Virus record (IMG/VR): IMGVR_UViG_3300024239_000015
Location: 169,378 to 233,377 of that record
Length of the DNA: 64,000 bases
Strand: one strand, 5' to 3'
Numbering within the stretch: position 1 is the stretch's first letter; each line of letters starts with the position of its first letter. The position numbers were made by a program, and so were the translations under genes. The notes beneath the pieces are model-generated. The model was not told the origin of the DNA. It made no database searches and was given only the letters and a program-made list of their open reading frames with translations. Shown in pieces: positions 58,237-64,000 of the stretch.

Positions 58237-58731
58237 ATGAATCGGCCTAAAAAAGACAAACCTTCAACGGCCACTGCCGTTTTAGATAAAATGTACGGCG
58301 ACCAAGCCGCCACTCGTCGTGCAACCCAGTACGGTAAGAAATCTATCGCTGACTTAAAAGCCTTGTCGTCTCAAGCAGCCCAGCTTTTAAATGTAGGTCC
58401 CTTTTTCGGTAAAGTGGGTTTAGACCACATTGAGATCATCAAGCGTGCTCCTGAAGAACGTCAACGTGAGATTGCTGAACTCTCCCGACGTGTGACTTCT
58501 GATATCGCGACCTTCCGTACCCGTTATGAAGCCTTGCGTGAAAGAGAACACGCGTACGAACAATCCGTCCTACAAGGCGCTCAGCGAACGGACCTCGTGG
58601 GTCCTGGTTTAGAGCTCGCGATGGAATACAACAACTGGTTAGGTGAATACACTGAAGTCGTTCAAAACAGCATTGCTTCGTTAAGTGATCTGATCCAACA
58701 AATCATCGAACAGTACCGCGATCACTCCTAA
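58237..58731 (+). CDS. Conserved hypothetical helical protein (phiKZ gp78-like position)
   Basis: AAAGGA RBS, synteny. Confidence 0.65.
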   Translation: MNRPKKDKPSTATAVLDKMYGDQAATRRATQYGKKSIADLKALSSQAAQLLNVGPFFGKVGLDHIEIIKRAPEERQREIAELSRRVTSDIATFRTRYEALREREHAYEQSVLQGAQRTDLVGPGLELAMEYNNWLGEYTEVVQNSIASLSDLIQQIIEQYRDHS

Positions 58732-58743
58732 GGGGACGTAGAG

Positions 58744-60489
58744 ATGCAAGAAGACCAAAACTTAGAAACCTTAGCTGACAAGCTCAATAAAGAGCTAGGT
58801 GAGCAGACTCCTCTGGAAGACCACGAGCACACTGCGAGTGTAGTAGCAGAAGAAACCACAGCAGTCGATGTAGGTGGGGGTATCGTCGTCGTTGATTCTA
58901 CTGCATTAGGTGGTATTGCCGTAGAGCTACCAGAAGGTGTGGAGTTTGAAGTCGCGAGTGACTCAAACTGGGAGTTGGTAGAAACCGACACACCCGCTGA
59001 AGAAGACGATCAGGAACCTGCAGCCCCAGAAATTCCTCTGATCAGAAACTCGGTCATTGACGCGTTCGAAGACCCGTCTCCGCGGACTACAGAAAACTCA
59101 GCGTCTGCAGTCAGCGCCAACTTCCCAAGCTGGTCAAATGACTACCCAGCCCTGTATGGCCTATATAGCAAACTCTCCAGCACCTTAGCAGCGTTAGAAG
59201 CTGCCACACTGAATTCACCTGGCACCGCAGAAGCTGCCGAGTGGGGCGCTACGTTACAAGGAGCATTAGCCGCGGGGTTCCATCCAACAGGCGGAGCGTT
59301 AGACTTACTGACTGAACGCCCCGCTCAGTGGACGAACACACCGTACTACGAAGGGAAGCGGTTAGTTCCTACCCGTGGTCGTCCTACCCCAGAAGGTGAC
59401 CAATACGTCGGTGACTCGATTGCCGCGCGTGTAGCGCAGTCTATCGGTGTCGGTCAAACGGTGACGTTCCCAATGTGGGCGTCTGGTTTTTACGTCACGA
59501 TCAAAGCACCCAACAACGCACGTTTACTGCAGTTGGAACGTCAGATTTCCATGAACAAAGATCACTTAGGGTATGCAACCTCTGGGATGATCTACGCAAA
59601 TGACGTCGCGTATTCACTGGAAACGTTAGTGGGTTACATTTTACAGGACATCGTGGACTGTAACGTACAGAACTGGAACCCAACGCTACTGAAAGAGTTA
59701 ATCCTCTCTCCTGACGTTCAGGTGTTAGCGTTAGCGTATGCGACTGCGATTTACACCAATGGCTTCCCGTTCTCTCAGCCGTGTACTGCACAGCTTGGGA
59801 AATGTTACCACACAGAAACTACGAAGCTTCACTTATTGAAGTGTTTACAAGTCGATGAGTCCAGACTGACGTTTGAACAACTCAAACACATGTCGAGCCG
59901 TGCTACCAAACATACGGTAGAACAAGTCCGTGCGTACCAAGAAAAACACACCGAAAGTCGTGTAGGTACAGCGCGCATTGCTAACGACATCACGGTGGTG
60001 TTCCGTGTCCCTACGTTGTCTGAATACTTCAGCTCTGCTGCGCGTTGGTTAGACGGAATTGAGACGTCGACCAAAGCCGCGTTCCGTGAAGCCTTAGCGG
60101 GCCAAGAACGCTTAGAGTACATGAAACAACAACTGCAAGCGTCATTGTGTCGTCAGTACGGACATTGGGTAAAAGAAGTCATCTTTGATGACCCAGCTCC
60201 TGATGGTGAATCAACGATCCAACGCTCGATTACCGTACCAGAATCGATTGACAAAGCTGTAGACTCTTTCAGTGCGTCAGACGACTACACCAACGTGTTT
60301 ATCGATGGGGTGTACCAGTATATCAACGATCGTACGATTGCACTTGCTGCGATTAACAACTACAAGTGTCCGTCGTGTGACAACTGGCACCACACCTCAC
60401 ACAGCAATCGGTTAGTCCTCCCAATCGATGCGGTGGGTACTTTTTTTACGCTCATGCAATTCAAGTTACTTCAGTACCTCCCGAACTGA
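58744..60489 (+). CDS. Conserved protein (phiKZ gp77-like), possible tail/baseplate assembly chaperone
   Basis: 'PMWASGFYVTIKAP', 'IYTNGFPFSQPC..C', C-terminal CxxC, ends near a T7 slippery site. Confidence 0.7.
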   Translation: MQEDQNLETLADKLNKELGEQTPLEDHEHTASVVAEETTAVDVGGGIVVVDSTALGGIAVELPEGVEFEVASDSNWELVETDTPAEEDDQEPAAPEIPLIRNSVIDAFEDPSPRTTENSASAVSANFPSWSNDYPALYGLYSKLSSTLAALEAATLNSPGTAEAAEWGATLQGALAAGFHPTGGALDLLTERPAQWTNTPYYEGKRLVPTRGRPTPEGDQYVGDSIAARVAQSIGVGQTVTFPMWASGFYVTIKAPNNARLLQLERQISMNKDHLGYATSGMIYANDVAYSLETLVGYILQDIVDCNVQNWNPTLLKELILSPDVQVLALAYATAIYTNGFPFSQPCTAQLGKCYHTETTKLHLLKCLQVDESRLTFEQLKHMSSRATKHTVEQVRAYQEKHTESRVGTARIANDITVVFRVPTLSEYFSSAARWLDGIETSTKAAFREALAGQERLEYMKQQLQASLCRQYGHWVKEVIFDDPAPDGESTIQRSITVPESIDKAVDSFSASDDYTNVFIDGVYQYINDRTIALAAINNYKCPSCDNWHHTSHSNRLVLPIDAVGTFFTLMQFKLLQYLPN

Positions 60490-60920
60490 AAGAACACCAG
60501 TACGTCGCTCATCCATCCTTTGGTTTAACCGTCAAAGGACGAGACTTTATCCAAGACGCACTCAACAAACTCCAAAGGAACCTCGATCCCTTTGAGTGTA
60601 GAATGCTACTGACCGAGTTGTATGAGCTTACGTACGGGATACGGCCTGACGTAGAGAACGAATCTCCTTTAGCGCCTGTGTCGTTTCATGAAGCGAATAA
60701 CACCCTGCGGTACTCTGGGTTGTTTTCCTACGTGGACCGATTTGAGCGTTTAAAAGTAGGAGAGACGTATCGACTCTCGCTGGTGGAGTTTTTAGAACTC
60801 CCTCGTGACATCGCCGATGAGTTGTTAGAGCGGGCGTTACTGCGCCTTCGGGAGAAAGGAAACAGTGTTGACTCTATAGAAGCAAAACTGTCAGAAGAGC
60901 TACGAAAACTAGGGGGGTAA
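60447..60920 (+). CDS. C-terminal extension ORF (tracked as 60603..60920), probably reached by a -1 frameshift
   Basis: The -1 frame is open from 60381 across T-TTT-TTT (60441-60447) to 60920; 'YRLSLVEFLELPRD' resembles tail-chaperone extensions. Confidence 0.55.
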   Translation, partial: YAHAIQVTSVPPELKEHQYVAHPSFGLTVKGRDFIQDALNKLQRNLDPFECRMLLTELYELTYGIRPDVENESPLAPVSFHEANNTLRYSGLFSYVDRFERLKVGETYRLSLVEFLELPRDIADELLERALLRLREKGNSVDSIEAKLSEELRKLGG

Positions 60921-60922
60921 AC

Positions 60923-61387
60923 ATGCCCATCGTCAGTGAAAACGAACACGATCTCTTAGAGTGCCCAGCGCAGACTATACTCTGCCCTGTCAACACGGTA
61001 GGGGTGATGGGGTCTGGTTTGGCTTACTACTTTCGTATGCTCTCTGAACCTTTCTTTTTAAAGTATAAAGAGTTGTGTTTGACTCGTAAGTTTACCATCC
61101 GTACGCTTTGGTTGTACAAACCTAAACCGGAAGAAAACATCCCGTATTGGTTCTTAGCCTTTCCTACGAAACAAAACTGGACGATGCCTTCAAAAGTCGA
61201 ATGGGTTGAAGACAACTTAAAACGATTGGTGGAAGCCATCCCTAAAAAGGGAATTACGTCCTTAGGTGTGCCTTACTTAGGGTGTGGGAAAGGAGGACTG
61301 GATTACCAAAAGGTAGTCCGTCCTCTTTTATACAAGTACTTAGACCCACTGGACATCCCTGTACATATCTGCGAGAGGAAGTTTTGA
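60923..61387 (+). CDS. Macrodomain (DarG/Appr-1-p-like) ADP-ribosylhydrolase
   Basis: 'PVNTVGVMGSGLA', 'FPTKQNW', 'VPYLGCGKGGL'. Confidence 0.85.
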   Translation: MPIVSENEHDLLECPAQTILCPVNTVGVMGSGLAYYFRMLSEPFFLKYKELCLTRKFTIRTLWLYKPKPEENIPYWFLAFPTKQNWTMPSKVEWVEDNLKRLVEAIPKKGITSLGVPYLGCGKGGLDYQKVVRPLLYKYLDPLDIPVHICERKF

Positions 61388-61890
61388 TGCCTGTATTTAA
61401 AATGATTGCTGCTGTCGCGTTTGGTAACTTAGCTGTCGGACAGCAAGGGAAGATCCCATGGAGAATCAAAGAGGACTTACAGCACTTTAAACGCATGACG
61501 TTACACACGTGTGTGGTGATGGGTCGTAAGACGTTTGAATCCTTAGGGTCTAAACCACTCCCAGAGCGTACCAACGTAGTACTGTCTACTCAACCACGCC
61601 CAGTGGATTTAAACCCAGCGGTGGTGTGGTTGAACTCGTATGACGCTGTACTTGAGTACACGAAAGACGAAGAGCTGGTGTGGGTCATTGGTGGTGGGGA
61701 AATTTACGAGTTGTTCTTACCCATCGCACAAGAGCTGGTGCTCACGTGGGTGTTACAGCACGTACCTGACGCAGACGCATTCTTCCCTGACGTCCCGTAC
61801 GAGCACTACACCCTGAAACGAGAAGAGCTCACCTCGACTCCGATTCAGTCATGGGTGATCACGTACACCAAAAAAGAAAGTACGGAATAA
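61387..61890 (+). CDS. folA: Dihydrofolate reductase
   Basis: 'IPWRIKEDLQHFK', 'VVMGRKTFESL', 'PLPERTNVVLS', 'VIGGGEIY', 'DAFFP'; TGATG coupling to the macrodomain gene. Confidence 0.95.
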   Translation: MPVFKMIAAVAFGNLAVGQQGKIPWRIKEDLQHFKRMTLHTCVVMGRKTFESLGSKPLPERTNVVLSTQPRPVDLNPAVVWLNSYDAVLEYTKDEELVWVIGGGEIYELFLPIAQELVLTWVLQHVPDADAFFPDVPYEHYTLKREELTSTPIQSWVITYTKKESTE

Positions 61891-61894
61891 AAGC

Positions 61895-61922
61895 TACAGG
61901 AGGAGCAAGTGCTCCTCCTGTA
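61895..61922. terminator. Bidirectional terminator
   Basis: TACAGGAGGAGC-AAGT-GCTCCTCCTGTA. Confidence 0.75.
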
Positions 61923-61928
61923 TGCCGC

Positions 61929-62519
61929 TTACACTTGTATGGCTGGAACTACATCGGGCCAAATGGCTTTAATAACAATCCACTTTGCTTGCTCTACTGG
62001 CATACCTTGACCGATCGCTTCCGCAGCTTCAATCAAAGAACAACGACGTGGAGTGATGTCCTGCCCCAAGCTAACCAGTTGTCTTGCGACGTGTTTATCC
62101 AAAACTTCCAGCTGATACTGCGTGGTGTGGAATTGCTCGTACGTGATGGTACCCTCAACCACTAAGTTCGCTGCGATGCAGCTGGCCACTTTGTAGTTTT
62201 GCCACTCCGCCGACACACGAACGGTACGGTGTTCTTCTTCGGTGGTAGGAACCACCAACCCCATCAACGCAGCACGACAATAAGGAACAGTCCCAGTATG
62301 CGCGTGAGAGATCGTGCCGTATAAGGCAAAAACTTTATCGATGGTGCGTCTGAGTGTCAGCGCGGCTTCTTCTTGGTTCCGGACCAACGTGGAATCGAAA
62401 GATACCCCGTGTTTAGCAGAGTACCAACACGATTTTAAATTAGGGCGCTTACCGCTACGAACAATAGCAGCAACATTCTTTACGAAACGGATAACGACAA
62501 CAAATAATTGCTTTAACAT
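61929..62519 (-). CDS. Hypothetical protein
   Basis: AAGGA RBS. Confidence 0.65.
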   Translation of the reverse strand: MLKQLFVVVIRFVKNVAAIVRSGKRPNLKSCWYSAKHGVSFDSTLVRNQEEAALTLRRTIDKVFALYGTISHAHTGTVPYCRAALMGLVVPTTEEEHRTVRVSAEWQNYKVASCIAANLVVEGTITYEQFHTTQYQLEVLDKHVARQLVSLGQDITPRRCSLIEAAEAIGQGMPVEQAKWIVIKAIWPDVVPAIQV

Positions 62520-62569
62520 AGTTTAGATTCCTTCTTTGAAAATGGGAGTGTGCGGTTATTTAAAAAAGC

Positions 62570-63217
62570 CTATTCCGCATCTAGCGGAATAGGGAATCTT
62601 GCCCCGTGGTACTGCAGGTAGAATACATCCGTCCGTATCCCACCCAGATTGCTGGTGCCTAGCAAACCAGTTCCAGATGACAAATACATGTTCTTATGGG
62701 TGTCCCACATCCCTTCGGTTCTGAGAGCTTTGATGTATTCGATGCATTCGACTTTCAGAGTTTTCCACTCTTCAAGAAAACTTTCCGGTAAAGAAACACA
62801 ATAAAGCTTGGGGCAACTTTGTGTTTTAGGGGTGTGTTCTCCGTAGATCAGACGGTTTTCGTAGTTGGACGTTACACGTCCCCAGTTGTTAACGATCACC
62901 GACAGTCTGCGATTAAAGTCTTCCAACTTCATCTCTAGTTGGTCCGACCTTAACTTCTTCTGGACTTGCCGGAACAACGCAACGACGTCGATTCCCGCCC
63001 AGTCTGGTTTCGTGCATTCCTCTGGGTCTTTACGAAAAACAAAACGCGAGTAGTCGCGGTACGAGGCTTTGTGCTCCGCGCTGTGTTCAGAAGCTTCCTT
63101 CAGTTCTTTTTCGCGCTCTGCTCCGTTACGATAGACGTTCCTGTCATCGGAGTACGTGTAGTACCAGTCGTGCGCCAGTAACGCTTTGCGGAAGGTTTGT
63201 AAATCTTTTAAGTCCAT
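62570..63217 (-). CDS. Hypothetical early protein
   Basis: Start at MDLKDL after TAGGAG; 'HDWYYTYSDD' motif. Confidence 0.7.
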   Translation of the reverse strand: MDLKDLQTFRKALLAHDWYYTYSDDRNVYRNGAEREKELKEASEHSAEHKASYRDYSRFVFRKDPEECTKPDWAGIDVVALFRQVQKKLRSDQLEMKLEDFNRRLSVIVNNWGRVTSNYENRLIYGEHTPKTQSCPKLYCVSLPESFLEEWKTLKVECIEYIKALRTEGMWDTHKNMYLSSGTGLLGTSNLGGIRTDVFYLQYHGARFPIPLDAE

Positions 63218-63251
63218 GGTCTTTCTCCTAAGGGCGATTGGGGTTACGTTT

Positions 63252-63278
63252 GTGAATGGGTTAGTGTGCCTCATTCAC
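63252..63278 (-). promoter_or_regulatory. Conserved 5'-leader hairpin, copy 3
   Basis: GTGAATGAGGCACACTAACCCATTCAC. Confidence 0.65.
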
Positions 63279-63282
63279 CGCA

Positions 63283-63313
63283 ATAATTTATATCTATAAT
63301 TTATTCGAAACGG
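63283..63313 (-). promoter_or_regulatory. Putative early promoter, copy 7
   Basis: CCGTTTCGAATAAATTATAGATATAAATTAT. Confidence 0.7.
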
Positions 63314-63350
63314 CAAAAAAGAAAGGACCGCAGTCCTTTCGTTCTAAAGA

Positions 63351-63761
63351 TCAACAAACGGTCCAGTACACGTCTTTTTGTATCGCCCCTGCTCCTGGTG
63401 TACCTTCGTACCAAAACACGCCAAAATGCGTACTAAGCGCTTTTGCGATACTTCCAGTAGGAATCGCTTTATCCGTTTGGATAAAGCGTAACCCCGCTTC
63501 TTTGATCTTAGCGATCACGCGTGAGTCATCCATATACGGACTGAGTTGTTGTAACAAATCGAGCATTACTTCCACGTACGGATTATTGTCTTTACTACCT
63601 ACGTAGTACAACCCATGCATCGGTACGGGATATTTGTGCATGTGCTGTAAAGAATACCCATAGGTGTCCACTAACTGCTTCACCGTGTGGATTAACCGTA
63701 CTGCTTTGCCGTATTCAAAATCTAAGACCAGCTTCAGTCCTGTACCATCGTCGTGTTTCAT
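63351..63761 (-). CDS. Hypothetical protein
   Basis: GGAG RBS. Confidence 0.65.
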   Translation of the reverse strand: MKHDDGTGLKLVLDFEYGKAVRLIHTVKQLVDTYGYSLQHMHKYPVPMHGLYYVGSKDNNPYVEVMLDLLQQLSPYMDDSRVIAKIKEAGLRFIQTDKAIPTGSIAKALSTHFGVFWYEGTPGAGAIQKDVYWTVC

Positions 63762-63764
63762 AGT

Positions 63765-64000
63765 TTACTTGCTCCACCGAAAGTGATCTATTACAAAAAT
63801 AAACGAATGTAACTCATTGTCGATTCGTACAAAGTCAGGAGGGATATCTACCCCGTCATTTGCAGACAGATACGTCATAAACCGTTGTAACCACGCATCG
63901 TCTTCTACAATACTGTTCGTGTGCTGTGACATCAATAACCGTAACGTCAGTAACGTCGACGGATAGTGTTCACGGTACACTTTCCTCGCTAACAGAAAGT
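63765..64000 (-). CDS. Hypothetical protein, 5'-truncated by the window edge
   Basis: Frame stays open to the window end. Confidence 0.55.
   Translation of the reverse strand, partial: FLLARKVYREHYPSTLLTLRLLMSQHTNSIVEDDAWLQRFMTYLSANDGVDIPPDFVRIDNELHSFIFVIDHFRWSK

Noticed and set aside
61282-61386. N-terminal extension of DHFR
   Set aside because: Overlaps the macrodomain gene; the coupled ATG at 61387 gives a normal DHFR N-terminus
47569-63313. CRISPR mini-array reading of the 27-nt hairpin repeats
   Set aside because: Copies are 7-8 kb apart with no spacer periodicity and no cas genes
1-64000. Stop-codon reassignment, tRNA or rRNA genes
   Set aside because: Coding density is high under code 11, the gene breaks are explained by introns or a frameshift, and no cloverleaf or rRNA signature was seen by eye

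Overview
This window is a 64 kb piece of a phiKZ-related jumbo phage genome (Chimalliviridae-like, nucleus-forming lineage). The assignment rests on gene content and order: major capsid next to a DnaB-like helicase, a neck/baseplate block, six paralogous internal head proteins, the exonuclease/motif-A subunit of the split family-B DNA polymerase, and the C-terminal beta' subunit of a multisubunit RNA polymerase. phiKZ gp-number equivalents are from recalled synteny, not database searches. An accessory region of about 19 kb (36.6-55.9 kb) of small minus-strand genes sits inside the core block and contains a non-coding origin-like region. Features the ORF track does not show: (1) two related ORF-less group I introns interrupting DnaB (4875-5260) and the DNA polymerase subunit (34603-35043), each restoring a conserved motif when spliced; (2) a highly structured plus-strand non-coding region of about 390-600 nt (6090-6690) that shares a ~20-nt hairpin motif with a second structured leader at 495-800; (3) a 31-bp promoter-like motif in 7 copies, three followed by a conserved 27-nt hairpin with a bulged A; (4) a T-TTT-TTT -1 frameshift candidate fusing 58744.. 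with the ORF ending at 60920; (5) both NADAR-like and macrodomain ADP-ribosylhydrolases; (6) a family of early proteins with degenerate RNAP alpha-CTD-like repeats. No tRNA, rRNA or CRISPR array was seen.
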